Assembly (NCBI GenBank): GCA_964439745.1
Contig: CAYTQK010000001.1
Span: forward strand, 1-40,512
Direction: 5' to 3'
Source of the DNA: an uncultured Desulfobacterales bacterium
Lineage (GTDB): Bacteria; Desulfobacterota; Desulfobacteria; Desulfobacterales; Desulfosudaceae
Length of the DNA stretch: 40,512 nucleotides
Part shown: positions 18,551-27,238 of the stretch, piece by piece
How the letters are laid out: each line of letters begins with the position of its first letter
How positions within the stretch are numbered: the stretch's first letter is position 1
The notes under the pieces: model-generated
What the model saw: the letters and a program-made list of their open reading frames with translations, nothing else
Told to the model about the DNA's origin: nothing
Database searches by the model: none
Made by a program: the position numbers and the translations under genes

Positions 18551-18894
18551 GGTCTTTGCTCCTTGGTTGATAAATTCTGCTTTTTTTACCAAATTATGCC
18601 ACCCGGCCGGCCACGGAAAAATAATGTCAGTTCAGTATTTAGAACTGCACAGTCTTGTATTTGGCGATACACTGGATGAAAATTTTTCCTGCCGACAGGT
18701 CCGGCTGAAGACAGCGCGCCAGGACGCTTTTCAACTGAAACTAGGCGATAAGACAGGGGAGCCGCCGGCATACTCTTTTTTCAGGCCGGGAATACACCAT
18801 CGGTTGTATTGTTTCTGCGGGTTTCCTGGGTCATTCTGGATAAAACAACTGAACGGTTCCGTGATACAGACTTTTGGCAAAGGAGAAAACCGCC

Positions 18895-19167
18895 ATGAAT
18901 GCCCCCTTGCGCCTGCTGCTGGATAATGATCCCATTCGCTTTACTTCGGAAGGTAAAATATTTATTCTGGATGCAATTTCCGCGGTGAGCCAGACAGACG
19001 CACCCCGGATGCTCTGGGAAAGGATCAAAAAAAAGAATCCTGAAATTGAAAACCATTGCGCAGAACGACCGCTATCCGGTGGTCCCGGAGAGCCGGTCTG
19101 TGACAGTGCCGGCTGGGAGTTGATCCAGGAATATCTGTTTGATTATCTGATCGGCACCAACGGATAG
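18895..19167 (+). CDS. Hypothetical small protein (90 aa)
   Basis: ATG 18895 lies 9 nt after AGGAG. The gene ends 38 nt upstream of, and is co-oriented with, the kinase-fusion gene. I recognise no family with confidence. Confidence 0.45.
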   Translation: MNAPLRLLLDNDPIRFTSEGKIFILDAISAVSQTDAPRMLWERIKKKNPEIENHCAERPLSGGPGEPVCDSAGWELIQEYLFDYLIGTNG

Positions 19168-19205
19168 CCAGGCATCCAACGCCTGCCGCTTACCGGAGTA
19201 CACCC

Positions 19206-20825
19206 ATGACCGAAACACAGCCGGATTTTGTGCGGGCCTTGCAGCAAGCCGCCGCCTACCCCCATGCCGTGGAAGGAATCTCTCTGCTGGAAACGCATAT
19301 CTCCTGGGTTTTTCTGACCGGCGCCTATGTGTATAAAATCAAGAAGCCGGTCAGCATGGGATTTCTTGATTTTACCGACCTGGCCAGCCGCCGATACTAT
19401 TGCCGGCAGGAAATCGAACTGAACCGCCGCTTGACCCGAAAGGTGTATAAACGGGTGGTCCCCCTGACCCGGGCGGAAGATGCAATCCGGCTGGACGGGG
19501 ACGGTCCGGTCATCGAATACGCCGTCCAGATGAAGCAGCTCTCCCGTGACGATTCCCTGGAAGTCATGCTCACCGAGAGAGCCCTTGACGACACCCGCCT
19601 GAACCGGCTGGCCGAAATTCTGGCGCGGTTTTACGAGGAGGCGGCCGCCGGTCCGGAAATCGACGCGGCCGGTTCCCGCGCCGCCATCGCGGAAAACTGC
19701 CGGGATAATTTTGACCAGCTGGCAGCGGCCGCCGATGACATCATCGATCATCGCCGCCTGGCGGTAATCCGGGCAGCCACTGACGGATTTTTGGAAAATC
19801 ATGCCGACCGGTTTGACGAACGCGTGCAGCAGGGCAGAATCCGGGATGGCCACGGCGACCTCCGCACTGATCACATCTACTTTACCGACACCGGCATCCA
19901 GATCATCGACTGCATCGAATTCAACCCCCGTTTCCGTTATGGCGACGTGGCCAGCGACCTGGCCTTTCTGGCCATGGAAATGGACGCCCGGGGATATCCG
20001 CGGCAATCGGGGCAGCTGCTCAGCAATGTAATCCGGCATTCCGGCGATCAGCAGCTTTTTTCCCTGCTGGATTTTTATAAATGCTACCGGGCCATGGTGC
20101 GGGCCAAGGTTAACTACCTGCGGCGGCAGCAGGCTGACGTGACGGCCGCGGAAGCAGAACAACTGGCCGCGCAAATCAGAAACTACCTGGGCCTGGCCTA
20201 TCGCTACGCGGTTCAATTCTCCCGGCCGGTATTGTGGGTGGTCTTCGGCCTGATCGCCACCGGCAAAAGCACCGTCGGCCGTGCCGTGAGTGAAGCCCTG
20301 GGGATCCGGCTGATCCGATCAGACGTGGTGCGCAAAGAACTGCTGGCCGACACCTTCCGCCAAACCGGGGTGGGCCGCTTCGGCGAGGGCATGTATACCC
20401 CGGCCGCCACCGCCCTGACGTACGGCACTCTCCTGCTGCGGGCCCAGGAAGAACTGGAGCAGGGCCGCTCGGTGGTCCTGGATGCCACCTTCAGCCGGCA
20501 GGAAGACCGGCAGGAAGCACTCCGCCTGGCCAAAGAAGCCGGCGCTCTGATCATCTTCGTGCAGTGCCGCTGCCGGGAGGAAATCATCCGGCAGCGCCTG
20601 GAAGCACGCGCCGGCAGCGATTCGGTCTCTGACGCCCGCGTGCAGCACTTAGACCGCCTGCAGGCGGTCTTTGAACCGCCGGCGGAACTATCGCCGCACT
20701 GCCTGGTTTCCGTGGACACGGAACAGCCCCTGGAAGAAAGCCTGCGCGCCATTTTTACCTACACGGCCACACCCAACGACTGCCTGGAAAGGGACTGGCT
20801 GGCCCCTGCCGGTTCCGGCCGATAA
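19206..20825 (+). CDS. Bifunctional APH-like (aminoglycoside/choline-kinase fold) phosphotransferase / P-loop ATP-binding protein
   Basis: The N-terminal half has the kinase catalytic loop HGDLRTDHIYF and IIDCIEFNPRFRYGD. The C-terminal half has Walker A GLIATGKSTVGRA and VVLDATF. Confidence 0.8.
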   Translation: MTETQPDFVRALQQAAAYPHAVEGISLLETHISWVFLTGAYVYKIKKPVSMGFLDFTDLASRRYYCRQEIELNRRLTRKVYKRVVPLTRAEDAIRLDGDGPVIEYAVQMKQLSRDDSLEVMLTERALDDTRLNRLAEILARFYEEAAAGPEIDAAGSRAAIAENCRDNFDQLAAAADDIIDHRRLAVIRAATDGFLENHADRFDERVQQGRIRDGHGDLRTDHIYFTDTGIQIIDCIEFNPRFRYGDVASDLAFLAMEMDARGYPRQSGQLLSNVIRHSGDQQLFSLLDFYKCYRAMVRAKVNYLRRQQADVTAAEAEQLAAQIRNYLGLAYRYAVQFSRPVLWVVFGLIATGKSTVGRAVSEALGIRLIRSDVVRKELLADTFRQTGVGRFGEGMYTPAATALTYGTLLLRAQEELEQGRSVVLDATFSRQEDRQEALRLAKEAGALIIFVQCRCREEIIRQRLEARAGSDSVSDARVQHLDRLQAVFEPPAELSPHCLVSVDTEQPLEESLRAIFTYTATPNDCLERDWLAPAGSGR

Positions 20826-21088
20826 AAAATGGTCAGGAATTCACCCTTGCCGGTACCGCCGGCCGCAACGCCGACAGCCTGATCGCCTCCGGCGGAAATA
20901 GTTTTTGATAAACGGCGGCTCATCTTCAATACCCCGATTATTCCACCGTCGGCTGCGGCCGGGAGAAGACAGGTCAGCCACCGTCTGCGACTGGTGCCCC
21001 ACCCGATGGTTCGGGGGATGCGTCCGGGGAATGACGTCCGGAACCGCCCTCGTCAAAAAACCGGTAACCGGGCCTTTCTGCCGGGTGG

Positions 21089-22384
21089 CTACTGGTTCTT
21101 CCCCAGCAGGTGGCCGCCCAGTCGTTTGCCCAGCGCCAGCAGGGTATAGGTCGGGGGCAGCCCCCATGGTTCGGGAATCACCGAACAGTCACAGACATAG
21201 AGGTGATCATATCCCCTGGTCTTGAGATCGGCATCCAGGAGTTCTCCGATCTTGACCGTGCCGCCGGGATGAGCGGCCAGCACCCAGGTTTTGTGAATCC
21301 CCTTGGCCCCGGCATGTTCCAGAATCCGCCGGGCGTGCTGATACCCGGCCTTGAGCTTGTCCTTGTCCGGCTTGCCCAGCCGCTTGCGCACCCCTTCGCC
21401 GTTGCTCAGGCGGCCGCCCAGTTCATCCCGGACCTTGACCATGATCCGCACCACGCTCTTCTGGTGAAAGATGCGGTGGGGGCGGAACCCGGAGCAGGCG
21501 AAAATGACATTGAGCATGCCGGGCAGCGCCATGTCGGTCATGACGTAGCCTTCCTCGGCCAGATGCAGTCCGGCCGACATGGGGATTTCATTTTCATGGA
21601 CCGCGTCCTTGACAAACCCGGCCACGGAAATCAGGGGATCAAAAAAGAAATCATACCCGGCTTCCGCGATGCCGCTGTTGCGCAGGATCAGGGGCGAACC
21701 GATGCCGCCGGCGCTGATGATGACGTCATCGGCGTATACTTTCTGGGAACCGTACTGGACGCCCACGGCCCGGCCGTTCTCCATGAGGACCTTTTTGACC
21801 CGGGCATTGTTGACCAGCTCGGCCCCGTGGGCAAGAGCATCGTCGACAAAGATCCGGGCGTTCCACTTGACGTCGTTGGGATCGCCGTAATAAAAATTAC
21901 CGAACTTCTGGGTCTGCCGGTCCCAGCGGTCCTGGTAGATGAACTTGTTCAGCTTGTGCCAGTCATAGCCCAGGTCCCGGGCGCTGTCCATGATCAGCTT
22001 GGCCTTGGCTCCCATGACATCGTCGGATAGAGGTCCGATGGGCACTTCCTCCCGGATGGCCTCGGCCTCGCGGGTAACGTCAATCCCGTGAGACTGGAGC
22101 ATGGCAAAGGGAATATCAAAACAGGTGCCGTAATAAAACACGGAGCTGCCGCCGGTGATGAGGCCGCGCACCATGCCCACCAGTTGACTGTTAAACAGCA
22201 TGCTTTTAAAGGGAAAACACTGGTATAAGGCATACTGCCAGAAGGCGCCCCGCAGCCGGGGTTTGCCGCCGCGCTCCAGGATCAGGACGGATTTGCCGCC
22301 CCGGGCCAGTTCCCGGGCGACGGTGGCTCCGCCCGGCCCGGTTCCCACCACGATTGCGTCATACTGTTTCTTGCTCGCTGTCAT
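21089..22384 (-). CDS. GMC-family FAD-dependent oxidoreductase
   Basis: FAD-binding fold YDAIVVGTGPGGATVARELARGGKSVLILERGG and a C-terminal GMC motif LYVCDCSVIPEPWGLPPTYTLLALGKRL. I prefer ATG 22384, which follows GAGGGTGG. Confidence 0.85.
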   Translation of the reverse strand: MTASKKQYDAIVVGTGPGGATVARELARGGKSVLILERGGKPRLRGAFWQYALYQCFPFKSMLFNSQLVGMVRGLITGGSSVFYYGTCFDIPFAMLQSHGIDVTREAEAIREEVPIGPLSDDVMGAKAKLIMDSARDLGYDWHKLNKFIYQDRWDRQTQKFGNFYYGDPNDVKWNARIFVDDALAHGAELVNNARVKKVLMENGRAVGVQYGSQKVYADDVIISAGGIGSPLILRNSGIAEAGYDFFFDPLISVAGFVKDAVHENEIPMSAGLHLAEEGYVMTDMALPGMLNVIFACSGFRPHRIFHQKSVVRIMVKVRDELGGRLSNGEGVRKRLGKPDKDKLKAGYQHARRILEHAGAKGIHKTWVLAAHPGGTVKIGELLDADLKTRGYDHLYVCDCSVIPEPWGLPPTYTLLALGKRLGGHLLGKNQ

Positions 22385-22624
22385 CTGCACCACCCTCGCC
22401 ATTGAACGTTGCACTTTGCCTATTTCCAAAAATGCCTTGTCGATTGTCGACAATAACACCAAACCAATCATCTGTCAAATCTTTTCTCACGCCGGTACCG
22501 GCCGGATCACCTGCTGGACAACGCTTCTGATCATTTTCTTTCTTTCAAAAAAATAATTAAATACAAAATGTTATTTTTATATTGGGTTGTTCGGTATATT
22601 TTTTTGCGGTCGTAGATTTTTTTG

Positions 22625-22654
22625 TTGACTCAGCCGCCGGAATCCGGTTAGATA
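22625..22654 (+). promoter_or_regulatory. Weak sigma70-type promoter candidate with palindrome in the spacer
   Basis: TTGACT at 22625..22630, an 18-nt spacer containing CCGGA-A-TCCGG, then TAGATA at 22649..22654. It lies in a ~430-nt AT-rich divergent intergenic region. Confidence 0.25.
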
Positions 22655-22813
22655 ATATATAAAAAGTGTACAAAAATTTTCCCACACCCAGGCCGACCCG
22701 ACCATCCCCTGAGCACTCGGGCTTTTCCGGCGCCGTGGCGAAAAACGTTTGGGGTTGCGTTCAATGTTTATTCTGATAAATTGGGATCAAGTCGATTCCC
22801 CGGGGAGAGCGCC

Positions 22814-24226
22814 ATGAGAGATGTTTTTGTCATCAGCACCCACATGATCAAGTTCAGCAAGTACCTGAAAAAAAGCATCAAGGATCTGGCCGCCGAGACC
22901 ACGCGGGCCTGCCTGGATACCGCCGGACTGGACAAAAAAGCCGTCCAGGCCCTGTGGTTTTCCAATTCCGGCTGGGGCTACAGCAAGGGACAGGACTGTA
23001 TCCGCGGGCAGGTAGCCCTGCGGCCCCTGGGCATTGACACCATCCCCATCACCAACGTGGAAAACGCCTGCGCCGGCGGGTCCACCGCCTTTCACCACGC
23101 CTGGCTGGGGGTGGCCAGCGGTCTTTACGACCTGACCATGGCCGTGGGCGCGGAAAAGCTTTACAGCACCAACAAAACGGCCATCTTCGCCGGATTTCTG
23201 GGCGGCATCGACATCGAAAACTGCGTTGAAATTGCCCAGGGGCTGTCGGTCTATGCCCTGAACGAGGAAGAAAAGCAGCGGCTGGCCGCGTTCAAACGCA
23301 AATATCAGCCGGCGGCAAACAGCGGCGGCCCCAAAAAGAAAAAACCGGTCAAGCAGCGGGGCCGGGAGATCCGGGACCAGCTGACGGTGGCTGTTCAGCT
23401 CGGGGAAAAGCTGGGGTATGACACGGTCCGCAAAATGAGCCGGCTGTCGTCCGGGGATCATTCCCCGTTCATGGACGTTTACGGTTTTGCCGCCCGCCAG
23501 CACATGAAAAAATACGGCAGCACCGTCGAACAGCTGGCCGTGATCGCCTCCAAGAACCATTTCAACAGCACCCTCAACCCCGAGGCCCAGTACAATTTCG
23601 AGGTGCCGGTGGACAAGGTTCTGTCCGACCGGATCGTCTCCTTTCCCCTGACCCGGGCCATGTGCGCGCCCATCGGTGACGGGGCCGCTTCGGCCATCCT
23701 GTGCGACGAGGGCACCGTCAAGAAACTGGGCCTGTCCGACCGGGCCATCCGGATCCGGGCCTCCATCCTCGGTTCCGGCCAGGAGCGCCCCTTTGATTCG
23801 GACCGGCCCGATATCGGCGAACGCTTGGCCAGGCAGGCCTATGAAACCGCCGGGGTGGGACCGGAAGACATTGATCTGGCTGAAGTACACGACGCCACCG
23901 CCTTCGGGGAGTTGGTCCAGGCGGAAAACCTGGGCTTCTGCTCCCGGGGCGAAGGCGGCCTGCTGGCAGAAAAGGGCGAGACCGGCCTGTCCGGACGTAT
24001 CCCCATCAACACCAGCGGCGGGCTGATTTCCCGCGGTCATCCCATCGGCGCCTCGGGCCTGGCCCAGATCCACGAACTGAGCACCCAGCTGCGGCAGGCA
24101 GCCGGCCGGCGGCAGGTGTCCGGCGCCCGGCTGGCCATCGCCGAGAACGGCGGCGGCGCCCTGGGATCCGAAGAAGCCGCCATGTGCATGCACATTCTGG
24201 AAGCACCGGACCGGGGCACGGCGTAA
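22814..24226 (+). CDS. Thiolase-like protein (SCPx / non-specific lipid-transfer-type thiolase family)
   Basis: MRDVFVISTHMIKFSK...; nucleophile region ITNVENACAGGSTAF; C-terminal GHPIGASGL and IAENGGG. A Lys-rich segment GGPKKKKPVKQRGR lies mid-protein. Confidence 0.8.
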   Translation: MRDVFVISTHMIKFSKYLKKSIKDLAAETTRACLDTAGLDKKAVQALWFSNSGWGYSKGQDCIRGQVALRPLGIDTIPITNVENACAGGSTAFHHAWLGVASGLYDLTMAVGAEKLYSTNKTAIFAGFLGGIDIENCVEIAQGLSVYALNEEEKQRLAAFKRKYQPAANSGGPKKKKPVKQRGREIRDQLTVAVQLGEKLGYDTVRKMSRLSSGDHSPFMDVYGFAARQHMKKYGSTVEQLAVIASKNHFNSTLNPEAQYNFEVPVDKVLSDRIVSFPLTRAMCAPIGDGAASAILCDEGTVKKLGLSDRAIRIRASILGSGQERPFDSDRPDIGERLARQAYETAGVGPEDIDLAEVHDATAFGELVQAENLGFCSRGEGGLLAEKGETGLSGRIPINTSGGLISRGHPIGASGLAQIHELSTQLRQAAGRRQVSGARLAIAENGGGALGSEEAAMCMHILEAPDRGTA

Positions 24227-24266
24227 TTTTGATTCATCAATACCGGAGCAGCAAGGAGCCTTTTTC

Positions 24267-25010
24267 ATGCCTGAAGAAAAAAAAGCAAAACCGGAAAAAC
24301 CCGACCTGAGCAGGTGGACGCCGGTGGAAAAAGTCATCATGGAACGCCGCAGCATCCGCGCTTTCAAAAAAACGCCGCTGCCGGACTTCATGATCCGCCG
24401 CCTGCTGGAAGCGGCCCGTTTCGCGCCCTCGGCCGGCAACGCCCAGCCCTGGAAATTCATCGTGGTCAAGAACCCGGAGATCCTGGCGGCCATGGAAAAA
24501 GATGCCGTCAAGATGGCCAAGCTGTTCATGTGGCTGCTGGACTATTCCCGCAGCCGGTGGCGCAGAATGTTCCTGAAGCCCTGGTCGAAACTGATCATCC
24601 GCCTGCGCTACAATGAACTCCACCCGGTCCCCTTCGGTCTGCTGCGGTCCATTGCCAACGACGAATGCCCGGTGTTTCATCACGCCCCCACCCTGATCCT
24701 GCTGCTGGAAGACCGCCGCGGTGTCTCCTCCCCCCCCACGGATATCGGTATCTGCGGTGAGCATATTGTTCTGACGGCCCACAGCATGGGTGCCGGCAGC
24801 TGCTGGGTGGGGCTGATCAAACTGCTGATGTATCTGCCCAAATGGAAAAAATATTTCGGCGTCAAGTATCCCTATCGGCTCAATGACTGTATCGCCGTGG
24901 GCTGGCCGCGGGTCAAGGCCGACGGCCAGGTCCCCCGGGAAAAACAGAAGGTACAGTGGTTTGTCGACGGCCTTGACATGCCGCCCAGAATTGAAGAACA
25001 GGGAGAATAA
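24267..25010 (+). CDS. Nitroreductase-family protein
   Basis: IMERRSIRAFKKTPLP...AARFAPSAGNAQPWKFIVVKN. RBS AAGGAG. Its stop is 2 nt before the next gene's ATG. Confidence 0.85.
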   Translation: MPEEKKAKPEKPDLSRWTPVEKVIMERRSIRAFKKTPLPDFMIRRLLEAARFAPSAGNAQPWKFIVVKNPEILAAMEKDAVKMAKLFMWLLDYSRSRWRRMFLKPWSKLIIRLRYNELHPVPFGLLRSIANDECPVFHHAPTLILLLEDRRGVSSPPTDIGICGEHIVLTAHSMGAGSCWVGLIKLLMYLPKWKKYFGVKYPYRLNDCIAVGWPRVKADGQVPREKQKVQWFVDGLDMPPRIEEQGE

Positions 25011-25012
25011 TC

Positions 25013-27142
25013 ATGCATCAGCCAATTGTGAAGCCCTGGACAAAAATTCCTGATTACATTGATGCCGCCGAGATGACCACCGGCATCCTGGCCTTTGATG
25101 AAAACACCTGCAAACGCTGCGGCATCTGCTCATTCATCTGCCCGGCCCGCTCCATTAAAAGCGATACCGGCCCCATGAAGTGGCGGGAGGGATTGCCCTG
25201 GCTGAGCGCCGTGGCACCGGGCGTGACCAACTGCATCTCCTGCGGCTGCTGCCTGGCGGCCTGCCCGGAAGGGGCCATCTCCATCGAACGCTGGTTCAAT
25301 CCGGGATTTTTTTATCAGCGGTTGTCCCAGTCCAGTGAACTGGCTTATCCCAGGTGCTACCGGGAAGGCGATCCCGTCCCGGCCGAGGAGCAGCCGCGGC
25401 CCGACCCGGCCATGATTCATCCCCGGTACGGGCGCCGCCAGTGGTTGCGCATGCAGTTCAACCGGGCCCGCATGGCCTGGCATGTCCTCTGGGGCCCGAT
25501 CCGCTTTTTTGCCGCCGAGGCCGCCGACGGCAATCTGCTGGCCACCCTCAAGGGCTTTTTGTCCCGGCAGCCCCGGGACATCTCCTGGTCGGATCTGCTG
25601 GAAAAAAACGCCGCCAAAAAACCCAACAAGAACTTTCTTTATTATCGGCAGGAAGTCTATACCTATCAGCAGATGAACGACAATGCCAACAAGGTGGCCC
25701 ACTTTCTGCTGGCCTGCGGCGGCGAGAAAAAGAAAGGGGTCGGACTGCTGCTGCGCAATTCTCCCCGGTTCCTGGATATTTTTTTCGGGGCGCAGAAGAT
25801 CGGCATGTACGTGGTGCCCATCAACCCGGAACTAAAAGGGGAGGGCCTGGCCTATATCGTCAATCACAGTGATATCTCCCTGCTGGTGGTGGACGCCGAA
25901 TTGCTGGACACCCTGCAGCCGGCCATTGACAGATTTGAACAACTGCGCACCATCATCGTCAACGACGTGGAGTCTGAAGCCGAAGGCATCCCCGTGCCCG
26001 CGGGCAGGGACCGATTGAGCCGGGCCTATACCGAATTTCCGGCCGGCGACCCGGGGATCGGCCATGATCCCGCGGATATCTGCATGATCATGTACACCTC
26101 CGGCACCACCGGTCCGCCCAAGGGAGTGGTCTACCGCTATCACAACACTTCGGTCAAACTGATGTCCCTGGCCGCCCACCTGATGCTTAAAGAAAGCGAC
26201 ATCTACTACACCCCCTACGCCCTCTGCCACGGCAACGCCCTGCTGGCGACCACCACCATGGCCATGGGCGTGGGCGCCAGCGTGGCCCTGGCCCGCAAGT
26301 TCTCGGCCAGCCGCTTTTGGGAAGATGTCCGCCGCTATCGGGCCACGGTTTTCAACACCATCGGCTCCATCATTCCCATTCTCATGAAGCAGCCGGAAAC
26401 CCCGGAAGACGCCGCCAACAACGTGCGGTTCGTCACCTCCTCCGGCTGCCCGCCGGAAATGTGGGGGCCTTTTGAAAAACGTTTTGGTGTCAAACTGTAC
26501 GAGGCCTACGGTGCCGTTGACGGCGGCGGCAAGGGCATTTTCAACTTCGGTACCGCCCCGGTGGGATCGCTGGGCAGAATCCCCCGGGTGGTCAAGTACC
26601 GGCTGGTGGACAGCAAGGGCCGGGACGTCCCCCTGGGTGTGCCCGGGGAACTCCTCTTTGCGGCCAGGAAGGATTCCAGCCGGGTGGAATACTATAAAAA
26701 CGAGGAGGCCACCCGGAAAAAATCCGGCGACGGCTGGCTGCACACCGGCGACCTGGTCAAGCAGGACAAAAACGGCTATCTCTATTTTATCGGCCGCAAC
26801 ACCGAATCCATGCGCAAAGGCGGCGAAAACGTCTCCGCCTACGAGGTGGAGCAGGTTATCATGGAGCATCCGGCCGTGGAGGAAGCGGCTGTCTATGCCG
26901 TGCCTTCGGACCTGGCCGAGGACGATATCATGGCCGCCATCCGGCTGGTGGAAGGCAAATCGCTTTCCCCCGAAGACCTGCTGGCCTTTCTTTCCGATAA
27001 GCTGGCCAAATTTGCCATACCCCGGTATATCCGTTTTGTGGACAACTTTCCCAAGACCAATTCTCACCGGGTTATCAAGGGTGTACTGGAAAAAGAAGGC
27101 GTGACAAAAGACACGTATGACGCCCAGACCGGGTCACCCTGA
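25013..27142 (+). CDS. Fusion protein: N-terminal 2x[4Fe-4S] ferredoxin domain + AMP-forming acyl-CoA synthetase
   Basis: CKRCGICSFICP and CISCGCCLAACP are two CX2CX2CX3CP motifs, at nt 25109..25267. After a ~100-aa linker comes an adenylate-forming domain with MYTSGTTGPPKGVVYRY and GWLHTGDLVKQDKNGYLYFIGR. Confidence 0.85.
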   Translation: MHQPIVKPWTKIPDYIDAAEMTTGILAFDENTCKRCGICSFICPARSIKSDTGPMKWREGLPWLSAVAPGVTNCISCGCCLAACPEGAISIERWFNPGFFYQRLSQSSELAYPRCYREGDPVPAEEQPRPDPAMIHPRYGRRQWLRMQFNRARMAWHVLWGPIRFFAAEAADGNLLATLKGFLSRQPRDISWSDLLEKNAAKKPNKNFLYYRQEVYTYQQMNDNANKVAHFLLACGGEKKKGVGLLLRNSPRFLDIFFGAQKIGMYVVPINPELKGEGLAYIVNHSDISLLVVDAELLDTLQPAIDRFEQLRTIIVNDVESEAEGIPVPAGRDRLSRAYTEFPAGDPGIGHDPADICMIMYTSGTTGPPKGVVYRYHNTSVKLMSLAAHLMLKESDIYYTPYALCHGNALLATTTMAMGVGASVALARKFSASRFWEDVRRYRATVFNTIGSIIPILMKQPETPEDAANNVRFVTSSGCPPEMWGPFEKRFGVKLYEAYGAVDGGGKGIFNFGTAPVGSLGRIPRVVKYRLVDSKGRDVPLGVPGELLFAARKDSSRVEYYKNEEATRKKSGDGWLHTGDLVKQDKNGYLYFIGRNTESMRKGGENVSAYEVEQVIMEHPAVEEAAVYAVPSDLAEDDIMAAIRLVEGKSLSPEDLLAFLSDKLAKFAIPRYIRFVDNFPKTNSHRVIKGVLEKEGVTKDTYDAQTGSP

Positions 27143-27238
27143 CCGGCGCCAAGGCACCCTTTTGAAAATCGGTTGCCGGACGGCGGACGGTACAGACCGG
27201 GCGGCAAAGCCAATATCCCTAAACCGGGAGTCCCTGAC

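Noticed and set aside
20841-21167. 108-aa minus-strand ORF in the convergent intergenic region
   Set aside because: It overlaps the 3' end of the GMC oxidoreductase gene in another frame. It is R/G/P-rich with no RBS or motif.
22736-22752. sigma54-like TGGCGAAAAACGTTTGG upstream of the thiolase gene
   Set aside because: The -12 position reads TT, not GC, so it does not fit the consensus.
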